A stretch of DNA of 64,000 bases, from assembly GCA_002269645.1 (NCBI GenBank), contig NIVC01000102.1:825950-889949 (forward strand), in the 5' to 3' direction. Shown here piece by piece: positions 10,000-23,313 of this stretch. Each line of letters starts with the position of its first letter. Position 1 is the first letter of the stretch. Both the position numbers and the translations under genes were made by a program. This DNA is from Macrostomum lignano. Lineage: Eukaryota. The notes under the pieces are model-generated. The model was not told the DNA's origin, did not search any database, and saw only the letters and a program-made list of their open reading frames with translations.

Positions 10000-12900
10000 A
10001 CTGTGATTTCGATGCACTGTAGAATGCCAAGATTCCAGAGGAGGAAATGCTTCGTCTAAGCTCTCATTGCGGGAATGAGCTTCGCTCAGACCCAGCAACG
10101 TGTAGTCGAGTCCATGAAACCCAAGGACCTCAATTACCAAAATACTCAATCTTGTCGACCAGGTCAATGAGTTCGTATCAACCCGATCGAGCAAAAACTC
10201 TGCCCAATACGCGTATCAAAATTAAGTTGGAGAAGAGCCTCGAGAAATGCATCATAACGATCATCGTGAAGCAACCGCACGCACCAGAAGACCGCGCATG
10301 TCGATAATGTGAACGTCAGCAGGCTCCAGGAAAATATGGAAAAAAAACTTGTGCTGAATGCTACAAGCCGAATCATTTGCCGCCATCTGCCAGTCATCTT
10401 TGGCTATTCATGAATTTCAGGTTGAGAACCTCACTGCACTTACACAGGAGCAGTCTAGCGGCGAAATGCTTCACATTGAACCCACCGACTCGAACCATAC
10501 CATGGAAGAAGCCAAAGAGCAAATCGTCATTAATGAAATATCGATTGCAATACAACTGGACACGGGCGTGGCAAACAGCTGTGCACTTCGCTGCCAGCGC
10601 CGTCTGCAAGCCTATGACGGGCATGAGATGCGAGTACTGGGACAGTTGTCAACCGCTATCGAATATCGCGGGCGGTTGCACCCCATGAATCTGACTGTGG
10701 TTCATGCCTCAAAGCCTTTTGGCTTGCTCGGACGGGACGTTATTCATGCTGACCAAGTGTTCAGCGCCTCTGCAGCGTGTCAGCACTGCCAATACCGGCA
10801 CGTCTACCTACAAACAAAAGTGTGAAGCCAACGATGCAATTATGACGCTCAGCTCAGATTCTGCCGGGCCCGCATAGTTCCCATTGCTAAGGAGGCTGCA
10901 GTAAATTCCGAGCCTGAAAGATTGCAAGCTCTAGGCGTCATCGAACCTATTGATGGCCCTGTGAGTACTGTGTAGTGTGAGCGTCTTGTGTTAATTTCTG
11001 AGTTCTATTAGCTAGTTGATTGTATTGTTGTTGATAATTATTTTGCTTCTTTTAGTCACGCGTTTTCAATGTACTTTTTGTTAGTTAGGAATTATTTTAG
11101 TGTAAACAGGTCAGAAAGCTAGACGCAAATTTCCAGCCAAGAGTGACTCAGCGGAGTGTCGACAGTTCCAGTGTACCCCGGCTTTGCTCGGCCAGCCAAT
11201 CACGATCGGCCTGGACCCCTGGCACGCGGCAAAACAAGTCTACCCGGCCTGAGAGAGCGCCCCGGGTCCAATGCGAGTCGGCTTTACGAGCGGCCGGCCA
11301 GGCACTCACCACCCGGCTTGAGGAGGGGTTTGAAGGGTTTGGAAGTGACTATATATGAAAGTGTGTTTTTGGCGGTCGGATCTCATTCTCGTTTCTCTTC
11401 TCGTTTTTCCTCTGTTTTCCGGCCTTGGATTTGTCCCGTTCCCGGCCGTTCTACCTTTGTCGCGCTTTGAGGCGCTCGATTTGAATCGAACCCCGGTCTT
11501 TGCTTTGTTCCCCCGCCCAACCGCAAAAGCCTTGCTGGCGTAACGCTCGCGATAACCTTGTCCAGAGAGCGTCGTTGGCAAGCGCGGTTAGATAGGAACT
11601 GATGGTTTTGACATAGTACGTGGCCTCGACCCCGAGGGCCTCAGTGTTGCACTGAAGGGCAGAGCTGGTAGGACTTAGCCAGAGCTCCGCTGAACTGTCA
11701 ATCCGTCAGGGTCCTCGCCTGAGAGTAGGTTCTGGGAACTAGGCGAGTGGTTAGGGATCTTTCTCCGTGGTCCTGTGTCGGTTCTCTCTTCTTCCGAGCT
11801 GAGATCCGCTCACCAATCTGCGTTAGCTAATTATATCGTTATATAAGTTCTCAAATATTAATTGCGTTGCGAGTTGCGTTATTAAGGATTGTCTAATTTG
11901 AATCAACTAATTAAAGCGTCAAGTCTTATCAGTCACTATCAATTAGGAGTATCACTCTCTAAATCTGCCAGGAACCGCTTTCAATCGCGTTCGTTATTTA
12001 CTTGTACCGTACCTGCGACTATTGGAGAAAGTCTGGTAAGACTCGCCGACCGGCGATAGGCAAATAGGGCCAATAGTTTTAAAATCTTTACATGCTTAAA
12101 TATAGGTTTGTCTAGGGCCTAATCTATTCGCCGTATCGCATTCAATTCATCACAACTGCATCGCCTGTTGTGGCGGATAAAAAAGGATGGTTCGCTCAGA
12201 ATGTGCACTGACTACAACGTCCACGTTAATGCCCAAATAAAATCCGATGCGTACCCGATCCCAAATATTGAGTGTCTATTTACAAAGCTGAAAAATGCAA
12301 AGAAATTTGCCTTCGTCGATTTGCGATCCGCTTACTGGCAAATCGAACTCGACGAGAATGCTCAGAACCTGTCAACCATCAACACGTCAAATGGCTTATT
12401 TCGAGTCAACCGCGTCCAAATGGACATGAAGAATTCATCCTTTATTTCTCAACGAGCCATGGAAAACACCTTAAGGGCGTACTCGTTTGACAGGATAACT
12501 GACGATAGCTCATCCTCCCTCAGAAAAGTGCTACAGGCCGTAAAGACCAGACTGCGAGAAAATAATGTCACTATCAATAATGATAAACGCACTGCGGAGT
12601 GTGGCGAAATATCTTTTCTGGGTTTTCGAGTCTCTGCTTCTGGAATTCCACCGGAAGACAAACTCGACATTAACGAGTACTCGGCGCATAGAAAGCAACA
12701 TTGACTCTATGCGCCAGTGAGCAATTTCTGCGTGAAAAATGCTTGAAGGCTAGCTTTAATCTGTCCAACCCTCACACACCGCTCCCCCACTTCATTCCTC
12801 AGCCCAAGTCTGCCGCGTGGCGTAGATAAGTTGCGTCATTTGCAAGATTGAGTGAATTTACCCGCACTCTCAAAAGTGACGACCACAGAGGGAATCTTGA

Positions 12901-14600
12901 GGCATGGCGACTTTTCAATGCTGCTGAGGATAGCTGCGCCTTAAAACCGCAAGGAACTGAAGCAGTTTCTCCGTCTAGCTGATTTCTTCGGCCGGCTGAT
13001 TCCACACTTTGCTGGTAAAATTAAATGCCTGCATAACCTCCGACGCAATGACTCCACATTCGTTTGGTCAGCCGAGTGCGATAGAGCGTTTGTAGCGCTA
13101 AAACAGAAAGTCTCCTTTGAACCCGTGGTCCAACCATATTCGCTGGAAAATGAGTTATCACTCACAACCTATGTCTCCCAAGGTGCACTTGCCGGCGTCG
13201 TCACACAAGACTGTCACCCAGTGATATTCATATCTCGTTGCTTATCAAGCGCAGAAAATAATTATTCAGGCATCGAACGGGAAGCACTGGCCATATTTTG
13301 GGCTGTCAATCGCCTCAAGCATTATCTCGTAGCCGAAAATTCGCCATAAAAACAGATCATCAACCTTTGATTCGTTTGTTTGGCGAGTCGCGTGGCGTGC
13401 CCACCAACACATCTGTTCCCATACCGAGATGGGCACTTGTGATGATGCACTCTGACTACGAAATTAAATACACACCAGGATCCAAAATACCTCACGCGGA
13501 AGCTTTCTTGTCTACGCTTTACGCTTTATAGTGTTAAAACTGGAAAGTGGACGGGCTGCTATCAGGCGGAAAGACCCCTCGATCAGGTTTCCGACAGCCT
13601 TACCATTGAAGGCAGTCTGCTTGTACATGGACGTCGCATCTTTATTCACTCTCGCCTGAAAGATAAGGCATTCCGCACTGCACACACCACCTTACATCTT
13701 AGCCTACAATTACATGGCCCTGTCCTGCTGGTGGCCCGGAACGTTACGTCCGTGACTGCTCGACATGCAATCAATTGAGACCAAGACCATGACAAGAACG
13801 AAACGCATGGCCATCTGCCGAGTACGCTTTCCAAAACCGTATATGGATTAGACCTTTGTACAACGCGCGGAAAAATATTATTGATCGTCGATACTTTCTC
13901 TGGATGGATTGAATCGTTTCCATGCAAAGACCGCTCGTCAAACTCTTTAATTTCATCGCTTCAAACTGTATTCACTCATTTCGGAATCCCTGAACTTCTG
14001 ATCTCCGACAACGCTCCAGACTTCATAGGCGACCAAGTGCGTCTCTGGCTGCAGGCAAACGGGATTTGCAAACTCGAATCGCCAACGTACTACCCCCAGG
14101 CTAATGAAGCTGCCGAATGGGCCGTGCAAACTGTCAAGCGTGGCTGCGTGCCTGGGGTGATCGCAGAACTCACACAGGAGTTCACCCCATTTTTGCAGAG
14201 AGTTCTGCTGCACCACCGAGTTTCGTCGCACACTCGGGGAAAGAGTCTGGCCAAGTTGGTTTTCGGACGGCCAATTTGAGTCCTTGTGGTCTCGCCGTTT
14301 CCACAAGGAAAAAGCGTGCTGTATCAGCTAACCAAAAATGAGCTTGCCTAAACGTGTAGAGTACGTAATGTACCAAGGCCGAAGATTCCCTACGTCTCGA
14401 CAGTACCAAACCAGCCAGCGACCAGGATCCGGAGGAGATGCCGCTGGTAGCTCTGGAAATGCGACAGACGCAGACCCAAAAAACGCAGCTCGAAAGCACA
14501 ACCGGCCGTCAAGATGACCCGGTGGCCCTGCTGAGCCTTCAGGCGCATCGCCACGTCAAACCAATCGCCGGCGGCGGCCCCCGATCGCTTCGTTTTGTGA
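10000..14600 (+). mobile_element. Degenerate Gypsy/Ty3 element (gag-protease-RT-RNaseH-integrase remnants), interrupted at 10971-12140
   Basis: Protease QLDTG and LGRD. RT KKDGSLRMCTDY…PIP…DLRSAYWQI. RNase H YSGIEREALAIFWAV and TDHQPL. Integrase IVDTFSGWIESF and SDNAP. Confidence 0.85.
10971..12140 (+). mobile_element. About 1.17-kb LTR-like repeat (TG…CA), putative solo LTR, inserted in Gypsy pol
   Basis: Colinear with 60025-61121 (shared …gatcggcctgg(a/g)cccctggcacgcggcaa… and …gcgactattggagaaagtctggta(a/g)gactcgccgaccggcgatagg…). Gypsy pol reads GVIEPID before it and resumes as …IKKDG after it. No TSD seen. Confidence 0.7.
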
Positions 14601-15639
14601 GCGGCCATCAAGTGTCATTATTTGAAATATTCCTACGTAATTGTTGGAAACATGAGTACGACATGTTAACGCCATAGCTTATGCCGCTCTGGCTTTTTCT
14701 TCTTTTACTGCTATGCAAGGTTATTTTTGAATCCTGAGCAACGCAACGAAATATACTCAGTTTGACAGTTTTGCCAATAAAGAAATCTATTCAGTGTTCC
14801 GGTCATCACAGACTAACCGTTGATTTAAGTCCAGAAAGTACCTTTTAGCACTCAAAAATATAAACTGAGGTTAGATTTCTTTTTCATTAAACTGCAGGAC
14901 TTCAGCATTAGCAACGGAGGGACAAAACCTGTGGCTCAACTACAGCCTCCAGCAACAAAAGGCTTTGATTGCGGCTTCAGAGGCTGCTTGCAACATCGTA
15001 AAGCTGCGCAAAGCTGGCTGTCAAGCGGAAGGTATGCGAGCTAAACACAAACTAAGCGCATCTTAAGCACTCGGTCAAATTGTATTCGCCACTACACAAG
15101 CGCACACTTGCGGAGTGCACAGAGAACTACACATACTTCAAAGTTTGCTGCATCCTGGTTCACTCCGACTCCGCCAAGCTGCTTTTAAGGCGATTCGCGA
15201 AAGCTCTCTGCTCGGATGTGGCTTGGCTCAGCGAAGCTGGACTCTTTCTGACAAGTGACAGCTGTCATTAAACCAGCGTTTGTATAGTGGGCTCGGTAAG
15301 GTGGAGTTAAAACTCATCTAAAATATCAATATATATTAAAATATCAATTTGGCATTGCCTATGCCAGAAAGCACCGGCCTGGTGCACTCACTGCCTGAGC
15401 AGTTCAGAGTTCATCTTAGCGATCGCCAGAGCAACTCAACCCGCTCAAAGTAGACTGACGAGCTGACTAGATCGGAACTCTCCTGTCAACAAGCTGATGA
15501 ATTTTAATGCGAATGTTTTATTTCTATTTTATGGCTGAGAAAGCCATAATACTGGCTCTGCTCTTAGTTGATTTTTATAAGAGCTTGATGCCATGTTTAT
15601 CTAATGGCACCTGATAAGCCCCATAGCAAGCTATTCGAA

Positions 15640-16790
15640 GAATTGAAGACGGCAATTGAAAATCATGTTACGCCAAAGAATAAACTAAAAACCTCATACC
15701 ATACCATACTCGCCACACCTAGCGCGAGCCTCGAAGGAGGGTCACTAGGGTCACCAAGATACTTGTAAAACAGGATCACAAAGAGCAAAGCGGAACCAAC
15801 CAGATCTTAGAGGCGATGTCTGAGAAGTTTTGGTTGATCGATCGGAGGGAAGCGATTCCAGAGTGGAAGGGCGGGAATATCGCATTGTGTCAGCGACAGC
15901 GGCTCGACCAGAGTTTCAGCAAATGGCACGGTTACCAGCGATTCGGTTGAAAGGATCTTTAAGAGCATTCAGTTATACGGCTGTCAATTTTGGAGGCTCA
16001 TTAGAGACTGTACAAGAACGAGGAAGGAAGCGCCAAAAAGATACTTAGCCCTCTTTACCTGTCTGGAGACCCGGGCGGTGCACCTGGAAACGGCTTACAG
16101 TCTGGATGCGAACGCATTCTTAAATGATTTCTATCGCCTGAAGAATAGGCAAAGAGTACCGAGAGAGGTCTTTTCGGACAACGGCGGTAACTTCGTTTAA
16201 ACCCCAAAAGACTAACGCAGAGTAAAAGCAAGTGGCACAAAAGACCGGCAGACGCGGCCCAGAAAGGGAAAACGAACCCCTTAAGCGACGAAATATATTG
16301 ATTTTGTAATTTAAAAGAGAAAAAAATATTTTGCCAAAATTACGCCGACTCAGCGGCCGCGACGCGTGACTAAATAGCACAGAGCGGGGGGGAGGCTGCC
16401 CTAAGCCCTGCACGCACGCAGAGCACCAGCACCCCACCAACCCACCAAAGCGAGGCCGGGCCGGCGCGGGGGGGTTTAAAACCAGTTAGAGTCAGATACC
16501 TGCCTCAAACTGACGTATTTAGGGATACAAGATCTGGAAGCATTCTCCGCAATACCAAATGACAAGATCCAAAAAGCAGCTACGGAGCGTCGAACCATTT
16601 GGGACTCACAGCCGCCAGCTGCTTCACATTTTGTGGGTGGACATGAAGTGATGATCCGTGCTGCAAAACGAGCAGTGAATGCAATCTTAGGCGATGCTGA
16701 CAATCAACGACGAGGAATTGCATTCGGCCTTAACGTGAGCCGAAGGGCTGATCAACTCACGGCCGCTGACCTACCAGACGGTGAATTCGA
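15640..16790 (+). mobile_element. Bel/Pao integrase remnant
   Basis: MARLPAIRL…[33 protein letters not shown]; after a gap of about 350 bp, PPAASHFVGGHEVMIRAAKRA and EGLINSRPLT. Confidence 0.8.
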
Positions 16791-19700
16791 AAAACAGCTT
16801 GCCCTTGACGTCAAATTATTTTTTGCACCAAAAGTGGACATGGAAATTCCTTGTGTGCTTACTCGTACTTTAAGTTCAAGTGCTATAGCCAAATGCGCCC
16901 AACAGTACAGTAGTTATGTTTATTATTTCATATGAGGAGCGATATGTTGAGCAAGATGCCAGTGTCCAGACCAGAGTCTTAAGTACGCGCATCAGAAGAA
17001 CAGCCAAAGAAAAATAAACTTTGATATTCGAAATATTGATGCCTCTGGACAGTGTAAAAGACAGCTTGGCTGATTTCACGGAGCTAATAGTAAACATCGA
17101 AGACAGGAAATTTACAGGAAATTTTAAAGTGGAAAGCGGAGGTCTTAACAGCTTGCCATGTTTACTCGTTGCGTTCCAGTGTATGGTGAGTATATGGTTC
17201 ATTTCTTAGCATTTCACTCGCCCAGGCTTATCTACAATTTTAGCTGGATGCTCAGGGTCAGTCTTACGAGCTAAAGTTTTCTCGAACCATTGTCACTCGT
17301 CACGACAGAGCATTTCCACAACCTCATACGGCCTTTAAGGTTGCACCCTGGATCTGTGGGCGTTCAGTTGCGTAAACAAAACCAGCCTCAGCATTCGCTA
17401 CTTTGGGAGCTGGCCTGTCGGGTACGGGAATTTTGACACAGATTTTCAAATCAACCTATCAATTTTGAGATACTCTGACGGCTTCTGGAGCAGCAAAGCA
17501 AGCCCAGTCAAGACTGGACTCAGCGCTATTTCGCCTGTGTCTCTGATGTACTCGTATCACGTATCAGTGGCGTCTCAGAATCGACGCTTAGTTTAAGAAC
17601 AGTTCACAAATGATTGAGCTTCAGAGTGGGTCAGAAAGTTGATAGCTTCATGTTAAGCGTTTCTGACTGTAACGGAGGCGACTTCAATGGCTCTGAATTT
17701 TTCGGCGCTGAATGGCGCTTTAGCGACAGAGCGGACGCAGCAATCGCTGCTGGCAGCGGATAGTGGTTAGCGAGCGATTCCGAAAATATCCGGATCTGGA
17801 ACGACTGGAGCTGCTGATAGCTCGGTCGAGCTATCGTGCAATGGACTAGTGGATAAGATATATCTCTAACTGAGATTTTTACAACTAACAGAAATTGAAA
17901 CGGATGACCGTCAAATCCTATTTACTGAAAGTAAGCCCGTCAGACCAATCAATCGCGATCTCTATTATTGATTCAGCTGCTGCATACAACTCTGACTGTT
18001 TCTCTGGTGCCAGCTGCACTCTCTCGAATCACACAGTCTGCAAAGCATGGCAGGGCGACCGAACTACGGCTCGCCTCTGCTGATTCATACAGACGGCACA
18101 GAGGTCGCTGCAAGCCCGGTTAGAACATCTAGCTAAATTTCGATTCAACCCAGAGAGCTTGGGTAAATATTTTAAGTAGTTTAAACCAACCTTTATTTTG
18201 AAAAGGTTAGCATGACAATTAAAAGCTCTTCAACACAAGCTCCGTATCTTTTCAAGCATGATGGCAGCTACCTCTCAAGCCCAATATGGAGTCAGTGGCT
18301 TTCCATGAACGACTCAACCAAATCTAATTTTTTCGTCAGTGCAGAGGCTTCAAATGCGACGCAGTTCAAAATTCACATCGTAGAATCATACCCTGCCCAT
18401 CTGGAAGCCGATGCCTCAATATCAGCCAGCTTTGCCTCACAGTCTTGGATGGCCTCGACACAGCCTTTGTGGAGGCAGACGAGACGGAAAACTCTGTGAG
18501 CTTGTGGCGCCATTTGCCAGCCTGAAATAGACGTTGCTGGTTGCTGAAACCATGACCAGAGGCGTCGCTGGCCAGTTCTCTCTCACTGCACAGGTAACTG
18601 CCACTAACGCTGCTCCTCACAATATCTGCACTTAGGTACAGGATACCGGCCCAACCTGTACGCTCAAGTCAGTGCTATCAAAGAGCAAATGTTCATCTCA
18701 AAATTCTGACTGTTTTGCAGCAGACACCACTGTGATGGGAGTAACTTTTGGCTCGAGCTAGCTCGTACAATGGCTTTGTCCTTAAATAAACTTGCAATGT
18801 ACTCCAATTTGCTCTGACTGTGCGTCTTGTGTGGATGTGAGCATGGACAATTATCTAAGCCTTCTTGGCCAATGGCAGTTGTCTCTCATAATAATTGGCT
18901 TTGCTTGTAGTCAACCACTCAACCACCAAGCAGTTTGGAGTTCCAGTAGAGCTGGGGCAACTGCAGATTATGACGGAGCTGAGCAGCGACAGAGACTCAC
19001 CTAAAGCGCGACTGTGACTTGGTCAACGTGTTCAATACTGAGTCTGCTGTACTCCGAACTGGTAACTGGCTCAGGTGCTTCTTGCACCGAGTACCAGCAA
19101 ACGGTACCAGCAAACAATACTCATTGCTATTCTCGAGCAGACGAATTTCTTGCCGCGACTCTTCAGTAACCAACATTTCCTGCCCATCTTTGACACTACG
19201 GATTCTAGAATTTAACTCAACAGTTCAACTTCAGCTTTTTTGGTCATCTGGCTCTGCAATTCATACCGATGTCACATTCGAAAGAGTTTGTTCATTCTGT
19301 TTGGAACTGGAATACAGCAGGTCACATGCACAGCTTTGCGTCATACATACACTCTATTTCATTTGACTTTACATATCATGTTGGACTCTTCAATGTTTCT
19401 TGCAATGCTTGGAACGACGCTGGGTTCGTCTCAAAGCAGCTGGAGCTGGAGGTTGTTCCAGATTTGAGTACCATTCTCAGCGTAACTTTTCTGGCAGTAA
19501 AAAGCCTGCATCAGTCAAAAAAACCTTTAAGTGCTTTCATGGTAGCGATATTTCTTCCACAAAATACTCCTATCTGCTTTATACAAAATATTCACAAAGA
19601 AATCCCACGGATAAAACTCTGAAGAGGAATCAACCACTTCTTTCCTTTAGAGTTTCTGACCGATGTTCTGTTCTTGTTCCTAAATGTCCCCTGTTGAAAC

Positions 19701-20542
19701 GAAACGGAACGCCCAAAGCAGGAAATGGGACGTGGAATCCTTCACGATCGACTTTCACTTCACCTGCGAGCCTGCAGTTACAGCGAGACCTTAATTGGAA
19801 CTTTACCTTCAGCTGCCAAAACCTGGTGAGCTGTAGAGAGGCTATCTAGCTACTGTACTCTGTCAGCAAAGCATTCAAGAAGCAAGAGTCCACAGAGCAA
19901 GGACCAGTGACTCATCCGGCTGGCAGTGAGCCTCAGCCTAGCACTCAGCTTTGATCGTGGCTCAGAATATCCTTGTCTCGACACATCCTGCCGACTTCGA
20001 TATGAATAATATAGCCTCTGTTTGCTAGTACACAATTTACCAATCACATATATGCATATGCGCAGACGCAAAGACTACACCATAAAATTACTGCTCTACA
20101 ATCAGGTCAGCATAGTAGAGCGCGTGTTCGGACCAATATTTGTTACGGATATTGTGAATTTTGAAGTTAAATACCCGCACACGGTGCTGTACACTCCAGT
20201 AATTGTAAATTTCAGTTAAAGCAGGACAGCATGCATAGATGTTCACTGTCAGTTCAGTTTAGCAAAGCTTGGCTCAAGCTATCTCTGTATTGCTCAGCTG
20301 AATTAATCTGCTTTGCTTGAACGCAGCTTCCATTGCGACGCGCTTGAAAATTTTCCTTGAACTGCTCCAGTATGGTTTCGTCGTGGCTATCCTGGCAGTC
20401 ATTGGAAATTTACAGCCAAACGTAACTGCGTTCTACACCAAGGATCTTATCTGACCTCAAATATAGCTGGGTTTGGCTCCCACGGCTTTGTTGTCAACTT
20501 TGGTGACAACTCTTCTGAATAATCTTTCTTTGCTGCGGATCT

Positions 20543-20759
20543 GTGCGCCGTACAGTATGCGAGTTGGTGCCAACTTCACTCATTTACCATACGAGTATAG
20601 CTAACAACCGAATGGTGCACCTTCCGCTGGATTGTCCGGCAATTGGTGAATATTTAATCACTGTCATGGCATTTAACCATGTTAGCAATGACACGGCTCA
20701 GTGCTCCGTTATTGTCAACGATTGGTACTTCGAGCGTTCGCTGATCAACTTTACTGTCA
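20543..20759 (+). pseudogene. PKD-repeat coding segment of the PKD1-like gene, continuing after the LINE at 28586
   Basis: GEYLITVMAFNHVSNDTAQCSVIV fits the PKD motif G-x-Y-x-V/I-x-V-x-A-x-N-x-VS. Removing the LINE gives in-frame …SLINFTV|NGILVNLTDPTEPLPDIMR. Confidence 0.7.
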
Positions 20760-20971
20760 GCATTCCAATGCAAACCGCTTTCGTCCGGCTTGCCGGCAAG
20801 TTGGAGCGACCCTGTTGTGCCCTCGGGCGCACTTGGCAAATGGCACTTTGCGACTCCCTACACCAGGGTACCTCCTCGTCGGGAGACCCGAGTCCAGCAG
20901 ACGTGGACGTCTCGATCTCTTTCCAGGTCACCTTTTTCTGTGGCGGATTAGCCTGGCCAGCTTGGCTGGCC

Positions 20972-21016
20972 CGCCTTATTCTCCTCGCCGGCGACGTCGA
21001 GCGCAACCCAGGCCCA
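20972..21016 (+). other. 2A-like (StopGo/ribosome-skipping) peptide RLILLAGDVERNPG|P
   Basis: Exact match to the D-V/I-E-x-N-P-G-P consensus, with a hydrophobic upstream helix, immediately before the PHD finger. Confidence 0.8.
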
Positions 21017-23154
21017 CAGACATGGTTTTGTTCCGTCTGCGGGATGGCCATTGCTAAAAACTGCAGCTCCGTCCGGTGCACCGCCTGCAGCGGCTGGTTG
21101 CACTGTCGTGTCAGAGGATCTAACTGCGCGGACACCACGATCTCAAACTGGAACGCCAACTTCATCGGCCCGTGCTGCGGAAGTGGTAGCAGCATGGCCA
21201 AGGCTTTGGAGGCTCAGCCACAAAAAGCCGGAAAGGCCGGCTCAACCAGGCGTCACTCAACCAAGGACGCCATCGATACGGGTAGCTCCCACAGCCGACC
21301 TCATCGCAAAGTCAAGTCCTCAGCGCCGAAATCCCAAGACTATCTCATCATCCTCCAATGGAACGCCAGCGGCATCTCCGGCAAGATTAAAGAATTAGAA
21401 CACCTCCGTAGCAGCATCAACCTGCACGTCATCGCTATCCTAGAATCTAAACTGTCTAAGTACGCGAAATCCCCTACTCTTCCTGGTTACGCTTGCATAC
21501 GTGCTGACCACCCTAACTCCAAAGGCGGGGTCTCGTCCTCTTCGTCCGAGACATCATACGCTTCTCGCCGGTTGACACGTCAGATCTCACTGACCGCCAC
21601 AGCGAACTACAAGGCATTGACATTTTCATTAACTCGACCTCGCCCATCCGCCTGTTTAACTGCCGCCGGTTAGCAGCTGTGACGCCGGCTATTCTCCGGA
21701 TTTGACCGGCTTGCTCACCGACTCCCCGTCTATTATCTGCGGAGACTGGAATGTTCATCATCCTGCCTGGGAATCTGAGCTCGAGCCTACCGCGCGCGCG
21801 GGGACTTGCTTGCTCTCCAGGTTGAACAAGCTCCGTTCGACTTCCTCTCCTCGCCAGCCCAATCCAGACGGCCTAGCAATGGACCGCCCTCGACACCTGA
21901 CGTTACGGCTGCCCACCAATCCTTACTCCTGAAGGCCGACTACGACATTCTTCACACGCTATCTAGTGATCATCTGCCTATCCTCATCTCGCTGGGTGTG
22001 TCCAGTATGGCGACTACCGCGGCTCGTAGATGCTTCATCAACTTTAGGAGGGCGGACTGGGAGCTATTCACCAATACCCTTGAGAGCTCTCTTTACAACT
22101 TCACCGGCCTTGGTTCTGCTCATACTCAAGAAGCTGCCTTCCGTAAGCTGATCCTGTCGGCCATGAAGACTGCGATCCCGGAGGGTCGCTTCAAACAGCA
22201 GAGCCCTGATCCTTGCTCCCCGGAAATTCGTCAACTATTATCCGCACGCGATGCTCTCCGCACCAATAACCCGTCGGATCCCAGAATTGCGGACCTACAA
22301 GCACAAATCAACTCGAGCCTAGAAGCGGAGAGACGGGACCGCTGGAACGAATTCCTCCTGGAGAACGGCAACCAGCCGGCCCCGTCCTCCAGAATCTGGT
22401 CCACCCTTAAAAAGCTAGCCGGTCGCCCAAACGCGGAGAAGAATGTTATATTAAAGTTCAACGGAAAACCGGCTCTTTCCGGTGCCGAAATTGCGGACCG
22501 GCTCAATTGTCAGTTCACGAGACCGCGCCTTCACTGCTCCAACCCGCAGATGCGCGCTGTCCGTCGACGTCTTAAGGCTCTTCTCTTCCTCGTGCCGTTG
22601 GAGACGCTCCTGTCTTTTCGACCGACGACATCGAGCATGCCATCAAGCGGTCCAAAGCCTCCAAAGCCATCGGCCCGGATGGAATCTGCCCTCTTGTTAT
22701 TAGGCACTTCGGTCCGAAAGCGAGAGCTGTGCTCCGTAACCTCTTCAATCGCTCGATCGCCTACAATGAGATCCCGGCGGTTTGGAAGAACTCCTTAATC
22801 TGTCCCTTTCTGAAAGATGGCAAACCGCAGGACGATGGTGCGTCGTACCGCATCGGATGGCGTTTGACTGCGTTGACCACTACGAATTACTCTCCGATCT
22901 CGCCGAATCAGATCTTCCAAACTCTGGTAAGGCCTGGCTCGCCAACTATATTGTTGGACGTCAAGCCCGGACCGTCATGCGAGACGTTAAGTCGAAGTGG
23001 CGGCAGGTTCGCATGGGAGTTCCGCAGGGCAACGCCATCAGTCCGCTTTTTTGCCTTTTACTTGGCTAAGGCTCCTGTGCCCTCCAATCCGGCCACTAAA
23101 TTAATTGGATACGCTGATGATCTTACCGTTGCCGCCTCGTCCCCAAGCTGTAAT

Positions 23155-23313
23155 TGTTGTGGGTTGATGGCTTTGCCATAGACATTTTTGTTACGCGACT
23201 GCGTTGATAAATTGAACCATGCTATTGAGTTATGAAATAAATAATAGACGCGTCAGAGGTCAGCAGACCGCTAGACTGACAATTGCTAAAGGCTAAAAGC
23301 CAAAAGCACAACA
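23155..23313 (+). repeat. 5' LTR (159 bp)
   Basis: Direct repeat of 27343-27501. Confidence 0.95.

Noticed and set aside
9893-14943. About 110-bp direct repeats (about 9893-10000 and 14830-14943) as LTRs of the 10-14.6 kb Gypsy
   Set aside because: There is no PBS after the first copy, no PPT before the second, no TG…CA ends and no TSD. They are more likely two copies of a small dispersed repeat.
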